The notes under the pieces: model-generated
Databases searched by the model: none
Told to the model about the DNA's origin: nothing
What the model saw: the letters and a program-made list of their open reading frames with translations, nothing else
Shown: piece after piece, positions 26,209-37,600 of the stretch
Layout of the letters: each line of letters starts with the position of its first letter
Numbering within the stretch: the stretch's first letter is position 1
NCBI GenBank assembly: GCA_028691435.1
Contig: JAQUZG010000002.1
Coordinates: 1-52,952, forward strand
DNA: 52,952 bases
Source: Candidatus Iainarchaeum sp.
GTDB lineage: Archaea > Iainarchaeota > Iainarchaeia > Iainarchaeales > JAAZKV01
Direction: 5' to 3'
Translations under genes and position numbers: made by a program

Positions 26209-29204
26209 CTATCTGATCCAATAGATGTTAAAGCATTTGTTTTAAATGATTTAAAAGTTGATCCATAATTTCCATCTAAATCCATACATGCAAGATGTAA
26301 ATTGTAATCAGTATTTGGTGAAAGAGCTGTTAAATCAATAGTTTTTGTACCTATTCCATTTGTTGTCGATAAATAAAAATTTGAATCATCAATAATTTCA
26401 TCATAATTTAAATCAGTAAAACTTTTTTTACAATTCACATATTTGTTTATAGTTAAATTTAATGCTGCAGAATTAGTAGTAACTGAAGCATTTGATAAAG
26501 AAATATTTACCAGAGTTAAATTAGATAAAGTTGTGAATGAAAAATTTAAATCTTCATTTATATTGTTTGCATCATCAATGCATGAAATAAATAGATTATA
26601 ATCTGTTAAAGAATTTAAATCATAAATAGTTATTGAATAATTATTATCTTGATTTGAATCAACGAGATATTCAAGTGAAGACATTTCATAAAAATTTAAA
26701 TCTTGATTAACTGAATATTTACATGTTGCTTTTTCATTTGAATTAATATCAAACACTGCATTAATGTCAGACACTATTGTGTTTAATGGATTAAATTTAT
26801 TTATGTCTATGCTTGGTTTTGTTTTGTCGATTGTAAAATATATTGTTCCATTTGATTGATTAGTTGCCTGGTCATAGAAATTATAATCAAGACGATAATT
26901 TGCATCTAAATAATTCAACACATTTATTTGAATATATTGATTATTATTTAAATCAACTAACATTTTAGATAAATTATTATCAATCAGATAATTTGCATCT
27001 AAAATTCCTGAATTATTGAAATCAACTGCAAAAAGTATATTAAAATCGTGATTAATTTTGTTTTGGCCAGGATTAATTATTTGTGTGATTATTGGCGGCG
27101 AATTATCTATTGGAATAAATATCATTTTAGCTTGTTCATTTGTTGCATAATCATCAGTAGAATAAAATTGTAATTGATTATTAGCATCAGCCAAAATTTC
27201 AATTTGGATTGAATTAGTATCAGTTACAAAATTTGAATTATTAATTGTGTTCCAATCATAATCATTTAATTTGTATGAAATTGATTTACATGATGAATAA
27301 GGTAAATAGTTACAGTCTAAAACAACTAATTGATTTTGGTTATTCCAATCAGTATCAAAATTTGATGAACGTGTGATGGGAGCAATTGTTTGAATTTGAT
27401 TAGATGCAGCAAGACCAACAAATTCAATGGTTGGATAAATTGTATTAAAGTCATTTGATTGAGTTATGATTTTTATTATATAATTTCCATCAATTGGGGC
27501 AACTACTTGTTCAACATTGTCGATTAATGATGTTGATGAAGAAACTAATTGATTATTTGAATCAAATAAATATAAGTTTAAATCTGAAAGTTTTGAAACA
27601 CAGCTATTTGAACCACAATTATAAAAACCCCTATCCCAAGTAATTGTAACTTTTTGGTTTGCATCTAAATAAGCAAAATAAGCTTTTGATGAATTATTTG
27701 AAATTGTAACATATTCTGTATATTCTCCTTCATAGACTGCTTTATTTAAATCTAAATATCCCCAACCTGAATATTTATCCCAACCTATTGAATTGATGTC
27801 TTGTGCAGAATTTAATAAAAGTGCTTTTGATTCTAAATGAGTTGTATTAAATTTATCTTTAATTAATGCAATTGCCCCTGTGACTGCTGGAGCGGCCATA
27901 CTTGTTCCTGCCATATCCGCTCCCAAAGTATCCGAAACTTGACTTGCAGAAATAATTCCTTGTGTAGCGTTATTGTCTCCGGGTGCAGAGACATCAGGTT
28001 TTTTTCTTCCATCAAAAGTTGGACCACGACTTGAAAAAGAAGAAATTGTATCATTTAATCGGTTTATATCGCCATTCATTGAAATTGATGCCACGGATAT
28101 TACATTATATGCATCTGATGGTGTTACAAGTTGATTTGAATCTAAATATGGAAAAGAACAATCCCCATTAGAATTTCCTGCTGCAAAAATTGTTGGAACT
28201 TCATTAAAATATGTGTAAAAATCAGCATTTATTGTGTCTGCTGATTGACCATTAGCAATACTTTCTCCTTGAACATAAGTAGAATAATTATTAATCCACT
28301 CAAAACAATTTTTATTTGTTGATCCCCAAGAGTTGTTTATTACATCAGCATCGTTTGAATTACAAGCATCTAAATTATTGATGGCACATTGAAAGCCAGT
28401 TCCAACTGAAGCTGGAATTAATTTTGCCCCTTTTGCAACACCAAAATATGGCGAATATGCAGATAATGCAATTCCTGCAACATGTGTACCATGACCATGA
28501 AAATCTACATCCCCATAATCAGTTGTTAAAGCATGTGTACAATTAATTGAAGATAAAACCTTAAATGGAAAATTAAAAAAAAGATGAGTTGTTCTTACCC
28601 CACTATCATTTATACAAATTTTTGATGAATAACCATTTGAGTCAGCAACCAAATAAAATTCTGGCGCGTTAACTGATGGATTCAAATAAGTTAGAAGTGT
28701 TTTAAATTCAACATATGAAAAACTTTTTACTTCGTTTGATAAAATAAAATTTAATGAACTAGACAGAGGCAAATTAACTTGATAAAAATTTAAAGGTAAA
28801 TTATTTAATAAGTCTTTTTTTGAATTTGAAACAATAATTTTATTTATTGAGGCATTTTGAATTGAATTAATTTTATTTGAAAGTTCATCAAAATCTCCTG
28901 ACACATAAAAAGTGATTGAATCGATTGAACTGTTTAATTGTGAAGAATAAGAGTTTGATGAAACTAAAAATTCGCCAGTTGAGAATTTATCAGTTGAATC
29001 AATTTGTGAAATTAAATTAGTTGTATTCAGATTATTATTTTTATTATTTAATAGAGTATTAATATTAGTAATTTTTTCATTTATTTGATTAAACATGTTT
29101 AGTTGATTTTCATTCATTTCATTAATTGAAATTGAAAAAGAAAAAGATAAAAAACAAATTAATAAAAATGTAACAAAAAGTAATTTTAAATTAATAAAAC
29201 TCAT
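26148..29204 (-). CDS. Secreted S8 subtilase with C-terminal beta-rich stalk
   Basis: Signal peptide; catalytic triad INDSGV / HGHGTHVAG / AGTSMAAP; oxyanion FAAGNS; GRKKPDVSAPG; GWGYLD. Confidence 0.93.
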   Translation of the reverse strand: MSFINLKLLFVTFLLICFLSFSFSISINEMNENQLNMFNQINEKITNINTLLNNKNNNLNTTNLISQIDSTDKFSTGEFLVSSNSYSSQLNSSIDSITFYVSGDFDELSNKINSIQNASINKIIVSNSKKDLLNNLPLNFYQVNLPLSSSLNFILSNEVKSFSYVEFKTLLTYLNPSVNAPEFYLVADSNGYSSKICINDSGVRTTHLFFNFPFKVLSSINCTHALTTDYGDVDFHGHGTHVAGIALSAYSPYFGVAKGAKLIPASVGTGFQCAINNLDACNSNDADVINNSWGSTNKNCFEWINNYSTYVQGESIANGQSADTINADFYTYFNEVPTIFAAGNSNGDCSFPYLDSNQLVTPSDAYNVISVASISMNGDINRLNDTISSFSSRGPTFDGRKKPDVSAPGDNNATQGIISASQVSDTLGADMAGTSMAAPAVTGAIALIKDKFNTTHLESKALLLNSAQDINSIGWDKYSGWGYLDLNKAVYEGEYTEYVTISNNSSKAYFAYLDANQKVTITWDRGFYNCGSNSCVSKLSDLNLYLFDSNNQLVSSSTSLIDNVEQVVAPIDGNYIIKIITQSNDFNTIYPTIEFVGLAASNQIQTIAPITRSSNFDTDWNNQNQLVVLDCNYLPYSSCKSISYKLNDYDWNTINNSNFVTDTNSIQIEILADANNQLQFYSTDDYATNEQAKMIFIPIDNSPPIITQIINPGQNKINHDFNILFAVDFNNSGILDANYLIDNNLSKMLVDLNNNQYIQINVLNYLDANYRLDYNFYDQATNQSNGTIYFTIDKTKPSIDINKFNPLNTIVSDINAVFDINSNEKATCKYSVNQDLNFYEMSSLEYLVDSNQDNNYSITIYDLNSLTDYNLFISCIDDANNINEDLNFSFTTLSNLTLVNISLSNASVTTNSAALNLTINKYVNCKKSFTDLNYDEIIDDSNFYLSTTNGIGTKTIDLTALSPNTDYNLHLACMDLDGNYGSTFKSFKTNALTSIGSDSGSTGGSGGAEAVVDQDQTV

Positions 29205-29297
29205 AATAAAAACAGTGAATAAATATTTTTAAAGTAAACATTTTATAAAAAATAAGAAAATAAAAATTGATTTTTAAAAATAATTTTTTCTAAAAAA

Positions 29298-29987
29298 TTA
29301 TCGTTCTTTCATCCAGTGTTTTCTAGCCATTTGTGTTTGGAAATGATGCCAAAGATTTGCTTTTCCCATAGGTATTGGAATAGTTTGTCTTTTTTTAATT
29401 GCTTTTCTAAATTCTGTTTCATTTTCTGCATCGATTTCTGTTAACCCATTACCTAATTCTTCAGGGGTGTGTGCATCACTATTTGCAAGTGGGGCAATTT
29501 TTCCTTTTGCAACAGTTTCAAAAAAGTCTACCGATTTTTTATTTAATCCTTGATAATATGCTCTTGCATTATACACTTCCATTGCATCAAATTTTTTCCA
29601 AAGACTTGGAAATTCTTTAAAATTTTTTCTTGGCCAATCAAATGGGTGTGGGCAAGACAAGAGTGCATCTTGTTCTTTTATTTGATCAAAAATAGATTCA
29701 AATGTTGAAGGTTTAATTTCTTTTTGTAAAAAATAGCCAATTACTTCACCAACACATTTTGCATCAGAGCTAGTGTTCTCCAATACTTTTATTTCTTCAC
29801 CAGGAATTAAAAAAACTCCTTCTTTTTTTGCCAATTGTGTTATTTTTCCTTTTGTATAAGCATCCACATTATTGTGGTCAGTTAAAGAAAATCCAAATTT
29901 ATTCTTTTTCATTATTTTTACAATTGTTTCTGGTTTAGTTAGGGCATCCACACTATACCTGGAATGTAAATGTAAGTCAAAAAGCAT
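29298..29987 (-). CDS. PHP-family metal-dependent phosphoesterase
   Basis: DLHLHSRYS, LTDHN, PGEE, HPFD, EVYNAR, NSDAH motifs. Confidence 0.9.
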   Translation of the reverse strand: MLFDLHLHSRYSVDALTKPETIVKIMKKNKFGFSLTDHNNVDAYTKGKITQLAKKEGVFLIPGEEIKVLENTSSDAKCVGEVIGYFLQKEIKPSTFESIFDQIKEQDALLSCPHPFDWPRKNFKEFPSLWKKFDAMEVYNARAYYQGLNKKSVDFFETVAKGKIAPLANSDAHTPEELGNGLTEIDAENETEFRKAIKKRQTIPIPMGKANLWHHFQTQMARKHWMKER

Positions 29988-30107
29988 AATTATTTTAGTA
30001 TAGAAAAGAATTAAAAGTGCTTTTATGGTTAAATTATTATAGTATATATTGTTAAATAAAAAATAAATTTATAAAAAATAAAATTATAAAAAATAGAATT
30101 GATTTTT

Positions 30108-31316
30108 ATGAATGTAAATAAGATTAGAGAAGATTTTCTAGTACTTAATAGAAAAATTGAAGGAAAAGATTTAGTTTATTTAGATAATGCTGCAACTTCT
30201 TTAAAACCTAAAAGCGTAATTGATGCAATTACAAGTTACTATACAGAGCATACTGCAAATATTCATAGAGGGGTACATACTTTAAGTCAAGAAGCAAGTG
30301 AAGAATATGAATTGGCACATAAAAATATTGCTAAATTTGTAAATGCGAGTGAAGAAGAAGTAATTTTTACAAAGAATGCAACTGAATCGATTAATCTTAT
30401 AATGTATTCTTTACTTAATAGTAATTTTTTTAAAAAAGGAGATAAGATTGTTACTACAATTATGGAACATCACAGTAATATTATCCCTTGGCAATATCTT
30501 GAAAAGAAAGGATTAGTAAATTTAGAGTTTGTTAATATTAATAAAAATTATGAGATTGATGAAGAAGATTTTAGAAAAAAAGTCAAAGGAGCAAAATTAG
30601 TTAGTATAAGTGGAGCAAGTAATACAATTGCAACACAAAATGATATTGTTAGACTTGGTAAAATATTAAGAGAAGAAAATAAAACTGCAATTTTTGGAAT
30701 TGATGGTTGTCAGACGGCACCACATAAAAAAATTGATTTTAAAAAATTAAATATTGATTATATAGTTTTTTCTGGACATAAAATGCTTATGCCTACAGGA
30801 ATAGGTTTTTTGATTGCTAAAAAAGAATTTTTAGAAAAAAACGAACCTTTTCTTTTTGGCGGAGACATGATTTCACAAGTGGCTTTACATTCTAGTGAGT
30901 GGAATAAATTGCCTTATAAGTTTGAAGCTGGAACACCACACATAGCTAGTGCTTATGGAATAAATGCAGCAATTAAATATTTAGAAAAAATAGGTCTTGA
31001 AAATATTGAAGCTCATGAAAAAAAACTTGTTAAACTTTGTATAGATGAGCTTGATGGAAAAAATGGAATAAAAATTTATGGGCCTAAAAATGATAATCAT
31101 GGGGGAATTATTTTATTTGATAGTAAACTTAATTGTCATGATCTTGCAACATTATTGAATGATCAAGGAATTGCAATAAGAAGTGGAATGCATTGTGCAG
31201 AACCTTTAGTTTCTAGTTTGAATAAAGAAGGTCTTGCAAGAGCTAGTTTTTACTTGTATAACACAGAAGATGAAGTTAGATTTTTTATTGAAAAGTTAAA
31301 AGATATTCTTGAATAA
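30108..31316 (+). CDS. sufS: Group II cysteine desulfurase
   Basis: YLDNAATS, MEHHSN, SGHKML (PLP lysine), FEAGTP, RSGMHCAEP (catalytic Cys). Confidence 0.93.
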   Translation: MNVNKIREDFLVLNRKIEGKDLVYLDNAATSLKPKSVIDAITSYYTEHTANIHRGVHTLSQEASEEYELAHKNIAKFVNASEEEVIFTKNATESINLIMYSLLNSNFFKKGDKIVTTIMEHHSNIIPWQYLEKKGLVNLEFVNINKNYEIDEEDFRKKVKGAKLVSISGASNTIATQNDIVRLGKILREENKTAIFGIDGCQTAPHKKIDFKKLNIDYIVFSGHKMLMPTGIGFLIAKKEFLEKNEPFLFGGDMISQVALHSSEWNKLPYKFEAGTPHIASAYGINAAIKYLEKIGLENIEAHEKKLVKLCIDELDGKNGIKIYGPKNDNHGGIILFDSKLNCHDLATLLNDQGIAIRSGMHCAEPLVSSLNKEGLARASFYLYNTEDEVRFFIEKLKDILE

Positions 31317-31404
31317 ATAAATTTAATTAAAATCGCATGATAAAATTAATAAAAGAATTTTAGATTAATACATCAAATTTTGTTTAGATAAAAAATAATT
31401 AAAA

Positions 31405-31878
31405 TTAAATGAATTTATCAAAATTTATAAAAGTTAAATCATAATTGTATTCGATTACTTCGCTCATTTTTGCTTTTAAGAATGTTTTTTCACCTATTTG
31501 ACAATAAAGTTCATCTAAATCTTTAAGTGATTCGTCAATGTAAAAATCAATACTATATATTGCAAAAAGTGGCAAATAATCTTTTTCAAAACCAGTAATA
31601 TCAAGACTTGAATTGTCATCAAGTAAATGTATTTCTTCTGATTCAATACCCTCTTTTATTGATGATTCACTTATTTCTTTTTCAATTGGTGTTACAACAA
31701 TAAAAACTGCATCAAATTCATTTTCATATATTTTTAATTTAACTATTTTTTTCTCGGGCAACATGTTTGATTTTAATATTCTTTGAATTGAGTAAATTTT
31801 ATCAAATTCAATGATTTCTGATTTTAGTTTATTTAGTTTAATAAAATCTTTTACTAGTTCAACTTCATCTTGGCCCAT
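31405..31878 (-). CDS. Divergent YbaK/ProX-like protein
   Basis: Size and layout resemble YbaK (ITGFEKDYLPLF...YIDESL...LYCQIG), but the GGxxP motif is missing. Confidence 0.55.
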   Translation of the reverse strand: MGQDEVELVKDFIKLNKLKSEIIEFDKIYSIQRILKSNMLPEKKIVKLKIYENEFDAVFIVVTPIEKEISESSIKEGIESEEIHLLDDNSSLDITGFEKDYLPLFAIYSIDFYIDESLKDLDELYCQIGEKTFLKAKMSEVIEYNYDLTFINFDKFI

Positions 31879-31941
31879 TTTAATCACATTTTTTATTTTA
31901 ATTGTTATTAAATATATAATAAAAAGAAATATAAATTTATC

Positions 31942-31976
31942 AAAAAAAGAAAAAAATTATTTGACTAAAAAGTCAA
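31942..31976 (-). terminator. Hairpin plus U-tract after the surface-protein operon (or a palindromic operator)
   Basis: TTGACT-AAAA-AGTCAA followed on the minus strand by ATAATTTTTTTCTTTTTTT. Confidence 0.45.
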
Positions 31977-31999
31977 GTAATTTTTATTTAATTATTTAA

Positions 32000-34606
32000 T
32001 TATTTTTTCTTTAATCGTTTTGGTTTTGAGTCATCATCACCAGATTGTTTATTTTTTGTTACAAAGAAAATTATTCCAACTAATACTAAGATTAGGAATA
32101 ATACTCCGATTAATGGTGCAGCAAATCCACCAAATAATCCAACCATACTTGAATCATCAATTAAGTTTGATTTTGTATTTGATAGTTTTACTGATTGATT
32201 TTTTGTTATTGTTCCTGCTGAAGTTAATATATTTACAATTATATTAACATCGTCTAATTTTGAAACTGTGTTTTCTGGAACTGATATTGTCATTCTTGCA
32301 ATGAAATTTTGGTTTGGTGACAAATAAATTCCTTTTTCAAAGTCAAAATTTACTTTGAATAACTTATAGAATACATTTACATCAATATTTTGATCAGCTA
32401 AACCTATAATATAACCATCAATTATATTTATGTCTGCATTTATTTTGTTTAAATTCATATCAAATACATTGAATCCAATATTTGAATCATTTGTTACTTT
32501 GAAATCAACAACATATTCTATTCGTCTGTATTCTTTTTCACTAGATACATTATTATCAACATTTAGACTTACTGCTAGGTCAGCACCGCATCCTTCTCCA
32601 AATACATTTACATTTAAATCAACATATTTTACAATTCCTGATTCATTTGTAAATTGGATTTTTGCTGGAGTTAATCCACTTGATCCTGCTGGAGGAGCAA
32701 AGTAGACATATACTGTGCCATAATCATTTGCGTTTACTTTTATTGAATCAACATTTGTTGTTGTCCATGGCGGAGCTAATTTTTGGATTGTATATGTTTG
32801 GTCAAATTGACTATCATTTCTTACATATACTGTTAGTAAATGTCCTGCACAACAATTTGCATCCATTGTTTCGTTTGAATAATTTAAAGAGTAGTCATAA
32901 CACACATCGTTTGTTAATTGTGTTAAGTTTGCTGTTCTTTCAATTACAGTTTCATCTGAAGTTGCTTTTATTTGATATGCTGATGTAAAATATGTTGGCA
33001 CATTAACAATGAAGTCAACTGTTTTTGATGAATATGCATCAACTAAAACATTAGTTTCTTTAAATGTTATAAAATTTGATGTTGAGGATAATTCAAATTG
33101 TTGAGATTTTGAACCTGAATTTTTTAATAAAATTTGTTTTGTTACAGTTGTTGATGGACAAGCGTTGATATCAGTAATAACTAAATCTGAATCATAACAG
33201 TTTTGAACATCAAGAGTATATTCTAAAGTTTTTACTTCATTTGCAGAAGTTGCTAAAACTTTAATATTTTTTGTTCCAATTGTGTTTGAATCAAAATAAA
33301 GTGTTTCAATTGATTCTTCATTTGGATTTAAAACTATACTTGTTGATGTAGAATCTATTCCTTCAATTGATAAATTAATTGAAGATAATTGTGTTCCTGT
33401 GTTTTTTAATTTAAATTTTTGTTCTATTTTACCAAAACAATATTCTGTTTGTGTTGTTTCTTTTGATAAAGAAAAGTTTGTACAGTCTTCAATTGTTAAG
33501 TTGATTGGAATATAATATGTTTTTGCATAATTTTTTGATGTTATTGCAAGAGAGATTGATGAAGCGTGTGGTAAGGGATTTGTTAATTTTAAAATTAAAT
33601 TTTCTTTTGCATTTGGTGTAAGAGTAAATTGTGTTTTGTCAACAGTTATAAATTCTGGACCTAAAATTGAAATGTTGAATTCATCTGTTTTTGTTGAAAC
33701 ATTTTCTAATGAAAATGAAAATTCTTCATTTTTTTCAACACATGATTTTATTGAATTTTGAACAGTTGTTACAAATGGTTTGTAATCAATTATTTGTTGA
33801 TTTAAATCAATTGTTTGTGAATCGTTTTTCTTTGTGTTTTTTGCTTGTAAAGTGAAAGGATAGTAACCTTTTGATGTATTACATTCTGATTTTACAACAA
33901 GCATTGAAGTTATGTCTTCATTTGGGTTTAGAACAAATGATGTTTTTGGATAATTTACCCATGATGATGGTAATCCTTCTAAAACTAATAAATATTCACT
34001 TACAAATTCACCAGTGTTTTTTACTGAAATTTGATAATAGTTTTCTTCACATGGTCCTGAAATATTGTTTTTTGGAGTAATGTTAAATTCAAAGTTATGG
34101 CATTCATCAACATTTAGTGTGATTAATTTTGAAGTTGATGCTGGTCCAGTTACTTTTAAATCAGCATAATATGTTCCAGAATTTGCATAACATTCAGGAG
34201 TTACAAAAAAATAAACATCTTTACATTCATTAGAATTAAGTGTTAAAACTTGCGGAGCAATTGATGCCCATTTTGCACCATTGTCACTTAAGGAAAGAGA
34301 ATAAGTCCCAGAATTTGAGCCTGAACAAACTTGATAAGTTTCTCTTACTGTTTCACATTGACACATTGCCAGAGTTGAATTTCCATTTATAGATACTGCA
34401 AAAGCAGAGGGTAACAATAGAGTAATTGATAATAATATTAAAGAAATCATTAAAAATGATTTTATTTTGTCAATTAATGATTTTGGTTTTGATTCTTTTT
34501 TTGATTCTTTATTTGATTTTTTGTTTTCCACTTTTATTGATTGTTTATTTGATTTTTTTGAATTTTTATTTGATTTTTTTATTTTTTTATTTATTTTCTT
34601 AGCCAT
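32000..34606 (-). CDS. Large Cys-rich Ig-like repeat surface protein with C-terminal TM
   Basis: Lys-rich N-terminus plus hydrophobic signal; roughly 95-aa repeats with xxKNTG motifs ending LxVxxC; TM followed by a basic tail. Confidence 0.8.
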   Translation of the reverse strand: MAKKINKKIKKSNKNSKKSNKQSIKVENKKSNKESKKESKPKSLIDKIKSFLMISLILLSITLLLPSAFAVSINGNSTLAMCQCETVRETYQVCSGSNSGTYSLSLSDNGAKWASIAPQVLTLNSNECKDVYFFVTPECYANSGTYYADLKVTGPASTSKLITLNVDECHNFEFNITPKNNISGPCEENYYQISVKNTGEFVSEYLLVLEGLPSSWVNYPKTSFVLNPNEDITSMLVVKSECNTSKGYYPFTLQAKNTKKNDSQTIDLNQQIIDYKPFVTTVQNSIKSCVEKNEEFSFSLENVSTKTDEFNISILGPEFITVDKTQFTLTPNAKENLILKLTNPLPHASSISLAITSKNYAKTYYIPINLTIEDCTNFSLSKETTQTEYCFGKIEQKFKLKNTGTQLSSINLSIEGIDSTSTSIVLNPNEESIETLYFDSNTIGTKNIKVLATSANEVKTLEYTLDVQNCYDSDLVITDINACPSTTVTKQILLKNSGSKSQQFELSSTSNFITFKETNVLVDAYSSKTVDFIVNVPTYFTSAYQIKATSDETVIERTANLTQLTNDVCYDYSLNYSNETMDANCCAGHLLTVYVRNDSQFDQTYTIQKLAPPWTTTNVDSIKVNANDYGTVYVYFAPPAGSSGLTPAKIQFTNESGIVKYVDLNVNVFGEGCGADLAVSLNVDNNVSSEKEYRRIEYVVDFKVTNDSNIGFNVFDMNLNKINADINIIDGYIIGLADQNIDVNVFYKLFKVNFDFEKGIYLSPNQNFIARMTISVPENTVSKLDDVNIIVNILTSAGTITKNQSVKLSNTKSNLIDDSSMVGLFGGFAAPLIGVLFLILVLVGIIFFVTKNKQSGDDDSKPKRLKKK

Positions 34607-34609
34607 ATT

Positions 34610-37600
34610 CTAATCCACTCCCATCCACGGTTCTTTATAGTTTTTTGTGTCAGGTACTAAAATAATTATAGCCACCATAACCAATAAAAAGCCAACTAAA
34701 ACAAAGCCTAATAAAGGGGCATTTGTAAACATGTTAAATAATCCTGCAAAAATCGCTCCAGATTCATTATTTTCTGTTATTTTGATAGTTATTGGAACTC
34801 TATTAATTATAAATGAACCTTGATTTATTACTAGGTTATTTGATAATTCTTGACCGATATTTATGTCTGAATCAATTGAGGAATATATTTTTCCAGTTAA
34901 TGTTATTTGTTCACCTGCATTAAGTCTATCAATTGATTTTGATTCAAAAGTTATCCCTTTTGGTAAGTTTTGATCTAAAGTGATTGATAGATTATATTTT
35001 CCAGTAGATGAATTATTTTTTATAACAACTGTGTATTCTGTATTTGCACCTTTTGGTAAATTCACTTTATTTGAATAACTTACTATTTCTAAGTCAGATA
35101 ATGTTATTTTGTCTGTTATGTTAAAGAAAATTTCTCCTGTTAAAACTGATTGTGAATTTGAAGAGTTTGATCCATATTCAGTATAATAGTTTTCTGGAGT
35201 TGCTGTGAATTTTACTGATTGATTATTTGCAATTAATGATGAAGGATTTGTTGATATTGAGACATAGAATGATTTTGAAGATTTTTTTGGAACAGTTATT
35301 GTGTTTTCTGAAAAGATTACTTCTGTGCCAATTGGTTTTGATAATTCATTTAAATTAAATGTTTGTTCAAAATCCCCATCGTTTATTATTTCTACTTCAA
35401 ATAATTTTGATGAACAATAGGGAATGTCTATTTGTGTTGATTTGATTAATAGTCTTGAAGAATAATCCCCTCTTACATTTATACAAAATTTTAAGTCATC
35501 AATTGTTCCAAGTTCATCATCAAATACACCTTGCAATTTTTCTTTACCCGCAAATGTTATAAAATTTACACCTGAATGTAAGTCTGATGGAATGGTTATT
35601 GAGAATGGAATGATTTTTTCTTCACTACATTTTAGGTCAATAGATGTGTATCCTAATAAAGCTGATGAATCTGGTGAAAATAATTCTACGCCCATTTTGT
35701 TATTTAATGAACATTCACATCCTGTTCCATTTGATTGTCTTTTTACTGTGAATGAGCCAGTAAAATTTTGTCCTCTTGATACATCAAAACATGAGTCTGC
35801 ACTTGAAAGGATAATATTTCTTTCACTTATTTCACTACAGTCAACTACTTCAAAAGTCATTAATTTTTCTAAATTATAATTACTTGCAGTACCTGATAAT
35901 TGGATTGATTTGTAACCTAAACTAGCATTAGTTGCATTTACATTTAGTTTAACTGTTTTTGTTTGACCAGCCAATAAAGTTAGATTGTTTGTAGAAAAAT
36001 ATGGCAATAAGAATGAATTTTCTGCCATTAAATTAATTGTTTTTGATTGATTTGAATAATTTGAAACATCAATTTCATAAGTTGCCGATTTACCTTGACA
36101 AACTTGTGGATTATATGAATTTATTTTAAATTCACCATAAGATGAAGAACATCTTTCTCCAATTGAGTAGGTGAAATCTAAATATTTTTTACTTATTTGA
36201 TCTGTTAATCGTAATTTATAATAATCTGAATCTGTTGTACATGAATTTGATGATAGACTAATTGTTGTTGATTCTTTACTATTTAAACAGAATTCATTTC
36301 GTGATAAAGATACATCTAAGTATCCACCAGATAATTTTTCTAATTCAAAGTTAAAGCATTGTTTTTCTGCTGTAGGATTTTTTACTGAAATTAATTGAGT
36401 TTTTGATGTGCATGATTCAAGACAAATATTACTTATATCACTTGTTATTGTTACTTCATTGTTTGATGTGCATTGTGATTTGATTAGAAGAGTTGTACTT
36501 GATGAGGCATTGTTAAATGTTGCATTTAATGTAAGTGTTGATTCATTTTGAGTGTTTGAAACTTGATTACATGATAAGTAATAGTTGTTTTCTAGGTAAC
36601 AGTTTGCAGTCGCGATGTTTGATTGATTTGACACAGAAAATGTTATGTTGTTTTTATCAGTGTTTGATGTTGGATAAGTTACATAGTTTCTTAAATCATA
36701 GATTTGTGATTCACTGTTTGATAAACATTTTGTTGGAATTGATTTCCATGCTGGGCCTGTTTGATTTAAAGTTATTCTTATATTGTCTGTTGAAGATGCG
36801 CCTAAAACATCAGTTACTCTAATAACTAAATCTGAATAAGATGATGAGCATGAATTAATATCACAAGTTAAATAATTATTGTTTATTTGGCAAGACAATA
36901 GATTTGTGTTTGACTCTGATAAAATAGTGTAAGTTAATTTTGATAATTCTTCATCCACTGAATAGTTTGTTAAGTTTATAAAATTTGTTAAGTTTGATGA
37001 ACAATTTTTTGATTGATCTGCTACGTTTAGTAGCGGTGTTTGGTTAGTTACATTTATTTGGAATGTTTTTGAAGTTGAGAGATTACAATTGTCTCTTGCA
37101 GTAACTGTTAATTGTGTTTGACCTAAATTTGTTGATGAAGTGCAGTTAATGTAACGGTTGTCTGTTAGAGAACAATTTGCGATTTGATTGTTTTGTGATA
37201 TTGATAAATTTAAGTCAGATAATCTTTGGGTTGCACTAGATACATAATCCCACAAGTCTATTTGTAAACTTGATGAATATCTCATGGTTTGGTTTGGAAT
37301 TGTTTTAATTGCGGGAGCGATATTACTTTCACAGTTGTTGTTTGATAAGCAGTCTAAATCTACTGAAATTACACCATGACTTTGGTGGCCTTCTATTCTT
37401 AGTGTATTTGTTTGGTTTAAGTTGATTGTTCCTGTGAAGATTGATTGAATGTTGTTACCACAATATACACATGATGTTGATTCTGGACCATTACAGTAAT
37501 TGTCTATTGTTTTTCCAATTAATTGGTCGTTTATATAGATTGAGGATGTTTCGTCTGTTTGAGATTGATTAAAGTATGCTGTTGAATTTACTTTTACTGT

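Noticed and set aside
30108-31316. SufS without neighbouring suf genes as a novelty
   Set aside because: Stand-alone cysteine desulfurases are common, and partner genes may lie outside the window.
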